Part shown: in pieces, positions 40,883 to 50,066 of the stretch
Numbering within the stretch: position 1 is the stretch's first letter
Layout of the letters: each line of letters opens with the position of its first letter
NCBI GenBank assembly: GCA_002306085.1
Contig: DBRS01000004.1
Coordinates: forward strand, 8,133 to 72,132
Source: Candidatus Moranbacteria bacterium UBA1362
Lineage (GTDB): Bacteria; Patescibacteriota; Minisyncoccia; Moranbacterales; GWC2-37-73
Direction: 5' to 3'
Length of the DNA stretch: 64,000 bases
Program-made: the position numbers and the translations under genes
Notes under the pieces: model-generated
The model's database searches: none
The model's input: only the letters and a program-made list of their open reading frames with translations
Told to the model about the DNA's origin: nothing

Positions 40883-42247
40883 ATGGCGAAAAAATATTCT
40901 TACAAATTTTGGATTTTGTTTTGGACGGCGTCCGCAATTTTTTTGGGGGCGTGGTATTTGTATTGCAACACCAGAGGGGAAAGTGTTTCAAGCGCCGTAG
41001 CTGGAGCGATGGACTTTTTGCCCATAAAAGAAGAGCAAAAAAATGAGTACAAGGCGCTTATAACGATGGGTGAATACATACTAGGGAAGGATGGTCAGGA
41101 AAAAACGCTGCTGGTGTTGTTCCAAAACAATCTCGAAATCAGACCAGGAGGAGGATTTATTGGCGCTTTTGGGATAATAAAAATCAAGGACGGAAAAATT
41201 ACGCTTCTTGAGACACACGACCTTTCCAATTTTGACGGAAGAATTCCTGATATTGTGGAACCGCCATATCCCATGAAAGAAGCCCTGCGTATCAAATCTT
41301 GGAAGTTGCGTGATTCCAATTTCTCACCTGATTTTTCGGAAAATGCGAAAAAAGCCGAGGAATTTTATTACATGGGAGAGGGGAAGGAAAAGTTTGATGC
41401 CGTAATAGGAATAACCGCCAGTACCTTGGAGTCGATACTGAAAATAACAGGACCAATAGAAGTTACGGGTTATCCAGGGACATACAACAGCGAAAATGCG
41501 CTGATTTCCTTGGAATATCAGGTTGAAAAGGCGTTTGAAGAGCAGGGTATTGAAAGAGGAGAAAGAAAATCTATTATAACGGATCTTGCAAAAGAAATTG
41601 AAAAAAGAATTTTTGCGCTTTCAGTTTCCCAAAAAATTGAGTTGGCATCATTGATGATACGTGATTTGAAGCAAAAAGACATCCAATTGTTTTTCAAGGA
41701 TGAAAATCTTCAAAATATAACCAAAACTGCCGGATGGGACGGCAACGTCGACAAAGATTGGAAAAACGACTATTTTATGATTTCAGATGCTAATCTGGGC
41801 GCATTCAAGAGTGATTATTATGTGAAAAGGGCGCTGGACTATACGGTAGACTTTACTGGCGAAAAGGCCATTGCTCGACTCAAGATTTCTTATAATCATA
41901 CAGCAAAGAAAAAAGACTGGATGACACGCGATTACCTTACCTATTTAAGAGTATACGTACCGGAAGGATCTTGGTTTATAGGGGGCACGGATTTTAGCAA
42001 TCCCCAATTCGGCAACGAGTTTGGGAAAAAATATTCCGGCGAAATCATTAAGGTGCCGATTGGCACAAAAAAGACGGTTGAACTTACATATTCTCTTCCT
42101 GATACGATAGATGCCGAAAATTACATGTTGAAGATACAAAAGCAGGCAGGTATCAGCGATGTGCCGGTTGCCGTGCACATAATCGGCAAAAATGGAATAA
42201 GAAGGGATTTTTCGTATACCATGAACGAAGATATTGTCGTTGAATAA
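40883..42247 (+). CDS. DUF4012-type protein (second paralog)
   Basis: LVLFQNNLEIRPGGGFIG, RDSNFSPDF, KSD and YLRVYVP motifs. Confidence 0.8.
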   Translation: MAKKYSYKFWILFWTASAIFLGAWYLYCNTRGESVSSAVAGAMDFLPIKEEQKNEYKALITMGEYILGKDGQEKTLLVLFQNNLEIRPGGGFIGAFGIIKIKDGKITLLETHDLSNFDGRIPDIVEPPYPMKEALRIKSWKLRDSNFSPDFSENAKKAEEFYYMGEGKEKFDAVIGITASTLESILKITGPIEVTGYPGTYNSENALISLEYQVEKAFEEQGIERGERKSIITDLAKEIEKRIFALSVSQKIELASLMIRDLKQKDIQLFFKDENLQNITKTAGWDGNVDKDWKNDYFMISDANLGAFKSDYYVKRALDYTVDFTGEKAIARLKISYNHTAKKKDWMTRDYLTYLRVYVPEGSWFIGGTDFSNPQFGNEFGKKYSGEIIKVPIGTKKTVELTYSLPDTIDAENYMLKIQKQAGISDVPVAVHIIGKNGIRRDFSYTMNEDIVVE

Positions 42248-42256
42248 GCTTATGTC

Positions 42257-42286
42257 AAAAAAAGACCGCCTGAGGCGGTCTTTTTT
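42257..42286 (+). terminator. Intrinsic terminator
   Basis: AAAAAAGACCGCC-TGA-GGCGGTCTTTTTT. Confidence 0.85.
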
Positions 42287-42385
42287 GCAAAATAACCGTT
42301 GTTGTAGTATTCTTAAAAGGCTTAAAAACAATAAAAAATACCTTTTTCTTTTTGCAATAAGGCCAGAAAGTTGAAGCTCAAAAAT

Positions 42386-42835
42386 ATGATCGAAGGTGTA
42401 GTAATAAAAAATCTTGTTAAATATGGAGACGAACGAGGATGGCTTGCTGAAATATTCAGAAAAGATGAGATTGAAGCGCGTCCGGTCATGGGATATGTAA
42501 GCGCAACTAAGCCCGGAGTTGTCAGGGGGCCGCACGAGCATAAAAACCAGACGGATATTTTCGCTTTTATAGGACCTGGGAGTGTCGAACTTATGCTTTG
42601 GGATAACCGAAAAGAATCTCCGACATTTGGTGAAAAAATACTCGTGGAATGCGGGGAAAACAATCCGACATTGGCAATAGTTCCGCCGGGAGTCGTGCAT
42701 GCCTATAAGAATGTGGGCGAAATTGATGCATGGTGCATTAATCTCCCCGATAAATTATATAAAGGCGAAGGAAGGCGAGAAGAAGCGGATGAAATCAGAT
42801 GGGAAAACGATCCCAATTCACCATTTAAATTATAA
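42386..42835 (+). CDS. rmlC: dTDP-4-dehydrorhamnose 3,5-epimerase family cupin
   Basis: DERGWL.E, GVVRGPH, VPPGVVHAY motifs; adjacent to rmlB and rmlD. Confidence 0.8.
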   Translation: MIEGVVIKNLVKYGDERGWLAEIFRKDEIEARPVMGYVSATKPGVVRGPHEHKNQTDIFAFIGPGSVELMLWDNRKESPTFGEKILVECGENNPTLAIVPPGVVHAYKNVGEIDAWCINLPDKLYKGEGRREEADEIRWENDPNSPFKL

Positions 42836-42896
42836 ATCTATCAAATATTTTTGAAATTTTATGAATTTATAACTTCATAAACTTTAAAAATTTTCC

Positions 42897-43904
42897 ATGA
42901 AAATTTTAATAACAGGAGGCGCAGGCTTCATAGGAAGCAATTTTATTCATTATATACTAGGAAAATATCCGGATTATAAAGTTATCAACCTGGACGCTTT
43001 GACTTATGCGGGAAATTTAGAAAACCTTAAAGATGTCGAAAAAAATCCGAATTACAAATTTGTCAAAGGCAATATCTGCGATGTCGAGTTGGTCAAAAAA
43101 CTAGCAGAAAACACCGATATTATTGTTCATTTTGCAGCTGAATCTCATGTTGACAGATCAATTTTAGATTCCAATGACTTCATCAAAACAAATATTGTCG
43201 GAACGCACACATTGCTTGAAGCAGCCAAAAATTGCGGCAACGTGAGATTTCACCATGTTTCCACCGACGAAGTTTTCGGCTCGCTCAAGCCGAACAGCAG
43301 GCCTTTTGATGAAAATACCCCATATTGTCCAAGAAGTCCTTATTCTGCCTCCAAGGCCGCATCTGATCATCTTGTGTGTGCGTACTACCATACATTCGGT
43401 TTGCCGATAACCATTTCGAACTGCTCAAACAACTATGGCCCTTTTCATTTTCCTGAGAAGCTCATTCCGCTCATTATAACCAATCTTTTTGAAGACAAAA
43501 AAATTCCGATCTATGGAGACGGAATGCAGATACGCGACTGGCTTTACGTGGAGGACCATTGCAAAGCCATCGATAAAATAATTCATGATGGAAAAATTGG
43601 AGAAACCTACTGTATTGGTGGAAATAGCGAGATTCCGAATATCGAAATTGCAAAAACTATTTTATCGTTGCTTGGAAAAGATGACAGTTATATCGAGTAT
43701 GTCAAAGATCGTCCGGGACATGACAAAAGATACGCGATTGATTTTTTAAAAATAAAAAACGAACTCGGTTGGCAGCCCCAGGTTTCATTCAAAGAAGGAA
43801 TCAAAAAAACAATCGAGTGGTTCAAGAAAAATGAGCAGTGGTGGAGAAACGCAAAATCAGGCGAATATCAAAAATATTATAATGAACAATATGATTTAAA
43901 ATAA
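42897..43904 (+). CDS. rmlB: dTDP-glucose 4,6-dehydratase
   Basis: GGAGFIG, AAESHVDRS, STDEV, YSASKA, DRPGHD motifs. Confidence 0.97.
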   Translation: MKILITGGAGFIGSNFIHYILGKYPDYKVINLDALTYAGNLENLKDVEKNPNYKFVKGNICDVELVKKLAENTDIIVHFAAESHVDRSILDSNDFIKTNIVGTHTLLEAAKNCGNVRFHHVSTDEVFGSLKPNSRPFDENTPYCPRSPYSASKAASDHLVCAYYHTFGLPITISNCSNNYGPFHFPEKLIPLIITNLFEDKKIPIYGDGMQIRDWLYVEDHCKAIDKIIHDGKIGETYCIGGNSEIPNIEIAKTILSLLGKDDSYIEYVKDRPGHDKRYAIDFLKIKNELGWQPQVSFKEGIKKTIEWFKKNEQWWRNAKSGEYQKYYNEQYDLK

Positions 43905-44011
43905 TTTCGAATTTCAAATCTTTTCTGAAGTCTGATTAGTATTTATTGGCATTCAAAATCTTAATTGGAAGCAAAAAATTAGGAGATATTAATCAAAAAC
44001 GGCAATAAAAT

Positions 44012-44962
44012 ATGAGTAGAAAAACTGAAAAAATAAACGTATTGATTATAGGCTCACACGGCATGCTCGGACAAGAATTGGTGAGAATATTTAAAAACGA
44101 TGATGATTACAAAGTGACTGCTTGGGACAGGAAAAATATTGATATTACTGATGAAAAGCAGGTTAAAGAAAAAATAAAAAAACTTGCGCCTAAAATAATC
44201 ATAAACGCGGCCGCATACAACGCGGTCGATCTTTGTGAAAAAGACAAAAAAGAATTTGAAGCTGCAAAAGCAGTCAACGGAAAGGCGCCGGGATATTTGG
44301 CGAAGATTGCAAAAAAGCTCGATGCCATTCTTGTACACTATTCTTCTGACTATGTTTTTAGCGGCATGCCGGAAATTTCGGAACCTCAAGGTTGCAGTGG
44401 ATCTTGCGCCATGTGCCATTTGCATGAAGGATTTGCTCCCGAAATCGGATTTGATGAAGATGCGGTTCCTGAACCCATTCAAAAATATGGTAAGACGAAA
44501 TTGATGGGCGAGATAGCAGTGCAGAAAAATTGTGAAAATTATTACATCATCAGAATTTCAAAATTGTTCGGAAAGCCAGCAAAATCCAAGGAGGCTAAAA
44601 AAAGTTTTTTTGATGTCATGTTGAAACTGGGAAAAAAGCAAAAAGAAGTAAGAGTTGTTGATGAAGAAACAAGTTTGTTTACATATGCTCCAGATCTTGC
44701 CAGGAAAACAAAGCAAATAATCGAAGCAGAAAAACCTTTCGGGATATATCACGTGGCAAATCAAGGGGCTTGCACGTGGTATGAAGCGGTTGTAGAATTA
44801 TATAAAATGGCTAAAATAAAGACAAAAGTGGTTCCGGTAGGAAGCGAGGATTTTTTGCGTTCCGCCAAAAGACCATATATTTCTACTCTAATAAACACCA
44901 AGCTAAATCCGTTGAGAAGCTACAAATTGGCGCTCCGAGAATATTTGAAAAATAATTTCTAA
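44012..44962 (+). CDS. rmlD: dTDP-4-dehydrorhamnose reductase with Cys-rich insert
   Basis: GSHGMLG, NAAAYNAVD..E, SSDYVF.G, YGKTKLMGE, AKRP motifs. Confidence 0.9.
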   Translation: MSRKTEKINVLIIGSHGMLGQELVRIFKNDDDYKVTAWDRKNIDITDEKQVKEKIKKLAPKIIINAAAYNAVDLCEKDKKEFEAAKAVNGKAPGYLAKIAKKLDAILVHYSSDYVFSGMPEISEPQGCSGSCAMCHLHEGFAPEIGFDEDAVPEPIQKYGKTKLMGEIAVQKNCENYYIIRISKLFGKPAKSKEAKKSFFDVMLKLGKKQKEVRVVDEETSLFTYAPDLARKTKQIIEAEKPFGIYHVANQGACTWYEAVVELYKMAKIKTKVVPVGSEDFLRSAKRPYISTLINTKLNPLRSYKLALREYLKNNF

Positions 44963-44979
44963 ATTTTTAAATATTAAAA

Positions 44980-46221
44980 ATGAACTATAAAAACCTTAAA
45001 AAATGCGATCCGCAAGTATATAAGGCTTTAATGGGGGAATTAAAGCGTCAGCAGGAAGGAATGGAACTTATTGCTAGCGAAAATTATGTTTCCGAAGCAG
45101 TACTTGAAGCGCTTGGCAGTGTTTTTACCAATAAATATTCTGAAGGATATCCGGGACGCAGGTATTACGGCGGACAGGAGTATACAGATCTCGCTGAAAC
45201 TCTTGCAATTGAAAGGGCAAAAAAATTGTTCGGAGCTGAGCATGTGAATGTGCAGCCTCTTTCCGGAGCTCCGGCCAATATGATTGCATATAGTGCAGTT
45301 TTAAAGCCCGGAGATACAGTTTTAGGCATGGATCTTTCACATGGAGGGCATCTGACGCATGGCCATCCAGTGACGCTCTCGGCCAAAATATACAACTTTA
45401 TAAGATATAAGACTGATGAATCGGGAATGATTGATTATGACGAGCTTGAGAAAATGGCAATAAAACATAAACCCAAACTTATTTTGGCAGGCTTTTCTGC
45501 ATATACAAGACAATTGGATTACAAAAGATTTCAGCAAATAGCAAAAAAGGTCGGCGCAATTTTAATGATAGATATTGCTCATATTGCAGGCCTTATTGCG
45601 GGAAAAGCGATTCCAAATCCAGTTCCGTATTTTGATATTGTCACAACCACCACACACAAAACATTGCGCGGACCACGCGGAGGAATGATTATGTGCAAGA
45701 AGGAATTTGCAAAAGCGATAGATAAATCGGCCTTTCCGGGCTTTCAAGGAGGGCCGCACATGAATAATATTGCAGCAAAAGCAATTGCATTTGGAGAGGC
45801 ATTGAAACCGTCTTTCAGAAAATATGCCAAGCAGATTTTGAAAAACGCCAAGGTTATGGAAAAAGAGCTTATAAAGCATGGTTTTAAACTTATGTTCGAA
45901 GGCACCGACAACCATATGGTTTTGGTCGACGTGTATGAAAGCAAGGGTGTTACCGGAAAAGAAGCTGAAATAGCGCTGGACAAGGTTGGCATCACGCTCA
46001 ACAAAAATATGGTTCCGGACGATTCACGCGGGCCGATGGATCCTAGCGGAATTAGAATTGGCGTTCCAGCAATCACAACTCGCGGCATGAAGGAAAAAGA
46101 AATAAAAATCATTTGCAAATGGATAAAAGACGCGATTAAAAACCGTAATAATGAAAAACTTCTCAAAAAAATACGCAAAGATGTCGTGAAAATGTGCAAA
46201 AAATTCCCGATTTATAAATAA
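44980..46221 (+). CDS. glyA: Serine hydroxymethyltransferase
   Basis: LIASEN, NKYSEGYPGRRYYGG, HGGHLTHG, TTTHKTLRGPRGG motifs. Confidence 0.99.
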   Translation: MNYKNLKKCDPQVYKALMGELKRQQEGMELIASENYVSEAVLEALGSVFTNKYSEGYPGRRYYGGQEYTDLAETLAIERAKKLFGAEHVNVQPLSGAPANMIAYSAVLKPGDTVLGMDLSHGGHLTHGHPVTLSAKIYNFIRYKTDESGMIDYDELEKMAIKHKPKLILAGFSAYTRQLDYKRFQQIAKKVGAILMIDIAHIAGLIAGKAIPNPVPYFDIVTTTTHKTLRGPRGGMIMCKKEFAKAIDKSAFPGFQGGPHMNNIAAKAIAFGEALKPSFRKYAKQILKNAKVMEKELIKHGFKLMFEGTDNHMVLVDVYESKGVTGKEAEIALDKVGITLNKNMVPDDSRGPMDPSGIRIGVPAITTRGMKEKEIKIICKWIKDAIKNRNNEKLLKKIRKDVVKMCKKFPIYK

Positions 46222-46255
46222 ACTTAAATTGAATTTAAGTTCATATTAAAAATAT

Positions 46256-47065
46256 ATGGATAAAAAAATGAAAGGGATAGTGCTGGCCGGTGGAACAGCT
46301 ACAAGACTTTTCCCATTGACCGCAACAACATCGAAACAGCTTTTGCCGGTGTATGACCGTCAGATGATTTTCTATCCGCTCAATACTCTCATCAAGGCAG
46401 GCATCAAAGAAATTCTTGTGATTGTTGCGCCTGACCATAGCGGACAATTTCTTAATCTCCTGGGTTCAATTTTCAAAAATCATGGGATCAGTTTATTTTT
46501 CGAAGTCCAAAAAATACCGCGGGGACTTGCAGATGCTTTCATTTTGGGAGAAAACTTCATAGCGGGAGACAATGTTGCGATGATTCTAGGAGACAACATC
46601 TATGAAGATGATTTAAGCGAAAGCATTAAGAATTTCAAATCCGGCGGAACTGTTTTTGCAAAAAAGGTAAAAGACCCCGAAAGGTTTGGCATTGTGGAAT
46701 TTGACAAAGACGGAAAAGCTATCAGAGTTGTTGAGAAGCCTAAAAAGTTTATAAGCGACTATGCTTTGACTGGATTATATGTATATGACAGTCGCGTTTC
46801 CGAAATAGCAAAAAGTCTTACTCCTTCCGACCGCGGAGAGATTGAAATCACGGACATAAATAAAAAATATTTAGAAATGGGAGAATTAAACGTCCAAAAA
46901 ATAGAAGGCGAATGGCTTGATGCCGGAACGTTTGATTCGCTTTTGGAGGCAGGAAATGTTGTCAAAGAAAAGGAGATATATAAAAACTTTGATCCTCTGA
47001 TTGACAAGGCTATCGCCGATTTCAATGAAGAACTTAAAATAATTGCTAAAAAAAGATTATTATAA
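46256..47065 (+). CDS. rmlA: Glucose-1-phosphate thymidylyltransferase
   Basis: GIVLAGG..TRLFP.T...SKQLLPVYD, PSDRGEIEITD, WLDAGT motifs. Confidence 0.95.
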   Translation: MDKKMKGIVLAGGTATRLFPLTATTSKQLLPVYDRQMIFYPLNTLIKAGIKEILVIVAPDHSGQFLNLLGSIFKNHGISLFFEVQKIPRGLADAFILGENFIAGDNVAMILGDNIYEDDLSESIKNFKSGGTVFAKKVKDPERFGIVEFDKDGKAIRVVEKPKKFISDYALTGLYVYDSRVSEIAKSLTPSDRGEIEITDINKKYLEMGELNVQKIEGEWLDAGTFDSLLEAGNVVKEKEIYKNFDPLIDKAIADFNEELKIIAKKRLL

Positions 47066-47165
47066 ATACAATTCGAATTTGCGAATAAATCTGCCAATTA
47101 ACAAATATCCTACGAATAGCATGTATTTGCTGAACAAAATTCGTTAATTCGGATCAACAACTATC

Positions 47166-48647
47166 ATGAAAAATAAACCGAAAATACATCTGGAAACACT
47201 CGAAGAATATAGCACATCCATACTTCGTTATATTGAATGGATGTTACGCAATTATTTCAAGGACGTAAAAGATATTACAATCGATGATATTAAAAAACAT
47301 GAGACGCAAATAAATGCATATGAAAATTTTGAACATCTGGAGCCGATAGACGAAAGCAAAATCATAATTCTTGATGATGAAAAAATAAATACCGCAAAAG
47401 CCGAAAATGCCATAATGAATGGAAAGATTTTGTGGGAGCATACTGCAGCCGGAGAAGCAACAAGGCTCGGACTGGGAACGAAATATCTTCTAAATCTTTC
47501 TCAATTTACCATTCCAGAAATAGTTTCGCACATTAAAAAAGAAAGGCTGGCCGAGGCAGAGAAAAAAGGATTGAAAGGCGCGGCTCTAGCCAAGGAAAAA
47601 AAAGTTATAAACAGAGAGGTTACGGAAAAAAACGTGTTAGAAACAACAGGTCAACGTCCTAAAAAGCTGATGAACATTTCTTTAGGCAACAGACACATGC
47701 TTCAACTTGCATTTGACATTTCTCAGCTTGCAAAGAAAAACAAGCTCAATCCGCGCAAAGTTCTTGCAAAACAAACAAATCTTGTCATTTTGAACGAACA
47801 GACAGTTGAGGAGATTTTGGAAGAATTTAAGAAATTTAACTTTTTTGGCTTTAATCCTCGGAAGGTTTTCTTTATGGTTCAACGCAGTTTTCATGGCACA
47901 TATATTAAGGAAGGGTGCCTGTACTATGATATAACAACTGAAAAAAATAAGCGTCTCCATAATCACGGGCAATTGATGATGCAGAAAGTTCATGACGGCA
48001 TGTTCTTTTGTGTTGATCCCAAAAATACCAGCAAAAGAAAATATCTTCTAAACGGAGAACTCAGAGAAATTCTCAAAAGACATGACGATTTGCTCTGCTA
48101 TAACGTCGAGGATTTGGGATATCTGACTTGCTCAATAGACCTTCCGAGTCTTTCATTGGCTTTGGATCTTGGAAGAAAAGATTACAATATGGTGATGGAA
48201 ATTGTGGCGCAAAATCCCATAAAACCCCAGAAGGGAGGAGCATGCTTTTATGACAGAAAACTGGGCAGGGTTGTTATGATTGAAAGCAATCAGCTGAAAA
48301 ATATAAAAAATGAGGATATCAAGCACCTTAACAAGAATTTCAACCATTTTCCAAATCCGTTGAAATTCTTCGATGTTTTATCTGAAAAAGCTTTGCCAAT
48401 AACTTTTGAGGTAAAAAGCACATTTAACCAAAGCGGCGATCCTTGTGATTATATATACGCCAATCCTCCGCAAGGAAATATTAATTTTCTTGTAAAAACC
48501 GCATATGTAATGCGCAAAAACCTGAAACCGATTTATAGCTGGAAATCGCCTGCAACAACACCGCTTGCAGTAAAATCCATGCTTGATCAAGACAAACAAA
48601 AAGGTTTTGAACAATTTGTAAAGGTGACAAAAAGGAGCAGGAAATAA
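47166..48647 (+). CDS. Divergent UDP-sugar pyrophosphorylase (UDPGP/UAP-like family)
   Basis: AAGEATRLG..TK, HNHG, NVEDL, QKGG, IESNQ and NKNFN map in order onto UDPGP-family motifs. Confidence 0.6.
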   Translation: MKNKPKIHLETLEEYSTSILRYIEWMLRNYFKDVKDITIDDIKKHETQINAYENFEHLEPIDESKIIILDDEKINTAKAENAIMNGKILWEHTAAGEATRLGLGTKYLLNLSQFTIPEIVSHIKKERLAEAEKKGLKGAALAKEKKVINREVTEKNVLETTGQRPKKLMNISLGNRHMLQLAFDISQLAKKNKLNPRKVLAKQTNLVILNEQTVEEILEEFKKFNFFGFNPRKVFFMVQRSFHGTYIKEGCLYYDITTEKNKRLHNHGQLMMQKVHDGMFFCVDPKNTSKRKYLLNGELREILKRHDDLLCYNVEDLGYLTCSIDLPSLSLALDLGRKDYNMVMEIVAQNPIKPQKGGACFYDRKLGRVVMIESNQLKNIKNEDIKHLNKNFNHFPNPLKFFDVLSEKALPITFEVKSTFNQSGDPCDYIYANPPQGNINFLVKTAYVMRKNLKPIYSWKSPATTPLAVKSMLDQDKQKGFEQFVKVTKRSRK

Positions 48648-48684
48648 CCATTAGCAGGCTATGTATTAATTTTATCGATAATCC

Positions 48685-49392
48685 TTGAAAAATTTGCGTA
48701 TGTATTGGATCTATTTCGCACTGTTTATTTTTATAGTGTTTGTTCCTTTGATTGTTCGAGAAGGATTTTATGTTTTCAGCGCGGTTCATTTGCAACAAAT
48801 AACAATTCTGGGCATCGGAATTACTGCTTTTGCCGCGTATTATATTTACGAAAAATCTCTCAAGAAGAAATTGGCTGAACGTATTAGTATTCAAAAGCAG
48901 TTCAACAGAATTTCAAAGGATCTGACACATTCTTATTCATATATCGGGGAAATAAACCGCAAATTAGAAATTCTCAAAAATATAACAACGACATATCCAG
49001 AAAGCGCCAATCTTTCGACAAGAAAACAGAATCAAATATACGATGCAATAATGGAAGGAATAAGACTTTTCGGAAAATCTGATAAATTTGTCTTGCGCTT
49101 CGTATGCACTGCAAACAACGAAATACTCAAGGAAATAAAAAGCTATCCGAGTCTTTCCTTAAATTTTTCCCCAAAGCATCTCGGCATGGATTTTCAATTT
49201 TTCGAATCAGATGAAATACTGATGGTTTCATCTCCCAAAGCGATTGATGGCATAATAGCATGTATAATTGTGAAGAAAAAAACATCAGGACATGTCATCG
49301 ATGATCTGGACATAATGAAATCCATGGCATCTCAAGCTCTTTTCTTTTTCATGTTCATGAAGCACAAGAAAAAAATAAGTTGCGTCATGTAA
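48685..49392 (+). CDS. Hypothetical protein: two TM segments, coiled coil, GAF-like tail
   Basis: Two hydrophobic segments followed by a helical region; start uncertain. Confidence 0.7.
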   Translation: MKNLRMYWIYFALFIFIVFVPLIVREGFYVFSAVHLQQITILGIGITAFAAYYIYEKSLKKKLAERISIQKQFNRISKDLTHSYSYIGEINRKLEILKNITTTYPESANLSTRKQNQIYDAIMEGIRLFGKSDKFVLRFVCTANNEILKEIKSYPSLSLNFSPKHLGMDFQFFESDEILMVSSPKAIDGIIACIIVKKKTSGHVIDDLDIMKSMASQALFFFMFMKHKKKISCVM

Positions 49393-49410
49393 TCATTTAT
49401 TGATAAACGT

Positions 49411-49848
49411 ATGAAAATAATACTTCTTCAGGATGTAAAAAAATTGGGGAAAAGAGGGCAAATCAAAAATGTTCCCGATGGCTACGCGAGAAATTTTCTT
49501 ATTGCCAAAAACATGGCGGCTCCAGCTACGCCTGAAAATATCACGCAAGCGAAAAAGAAAGAGGAGATTAACAAACAAAAGCTTGAGGAGCAAAAGAAAG
49601 AATCAGAAAAGCTTGCAGAAAAATTAAATGGAAAGAAAATTGCCATCAAAGCAAGAGCAAAAAAGGGAAAATTGTTCGGTTCAATTACTCAAAAGGACAT
49701 TTCCCAAGAACTAATAAAACTAGGATTTGAAGTGCCTGAAAAATCCATAAAAACTGGCAATATTAAAGAAATCGGGATTGCTGAAGTGACCGTTGACGCA
49801 GGTTTTGGACTTAAGGCAAAGATTATTCTTGATATAATAGAAGCTTGA
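49411..49848 (+). CDS. rplI: 50S ribosomal protein bL9
   Basis: [14 protein letters not shown]....[17 protein letters not shown] motifs. Confidence 0.97.
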   Translation: MKIILLQDVKKLGKRGQIKNVPDGYARNFLIAKNMAAPATPENITQAKKKEEINKQKLEEQKKESEKLAEKLNGKKIAIKARAKKGKLFGSITQKDISQELIKLGFEVPEKSIKTGNIKEIGIAEVTVDAGFGLKAKIILDIIEA

Positions 49849-49858
49849 TTTTTTACAG

Positions 49859-49887
49859 TTGAGCAAAAACAATGCAAGTGCTATAAT
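49859..49887 (+). promoter_or_regulatory. Probable pyrG promoter
   Basis: TTGAGC-17-TATAAT with extended -10 TG. Confidence 0.6.
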
Positions 49888-50066
49888 AAAAGCGGAAGAA
49901 AATTTCTTTTAATTCGCAAAACAAAAGGGGGTCTGTACACGGCCGCTTTTTGTATAGCAAAAAATTCTTAAATTTATGCAACTCTAATTTACCAATAATC
50001 ACTCTAATGTCTCCAATAGCCGAGTCATCTGAGTGCTTAATTCGAGTATTAGAATTGTTGATAAGT

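Noticed and set aside
44404-44420. c-type heme motif CAMCH in RmlD
   Set aside because: A cytoplasmic enzyme with no export signal; heme c attachment occurs outside the cytoplasm.
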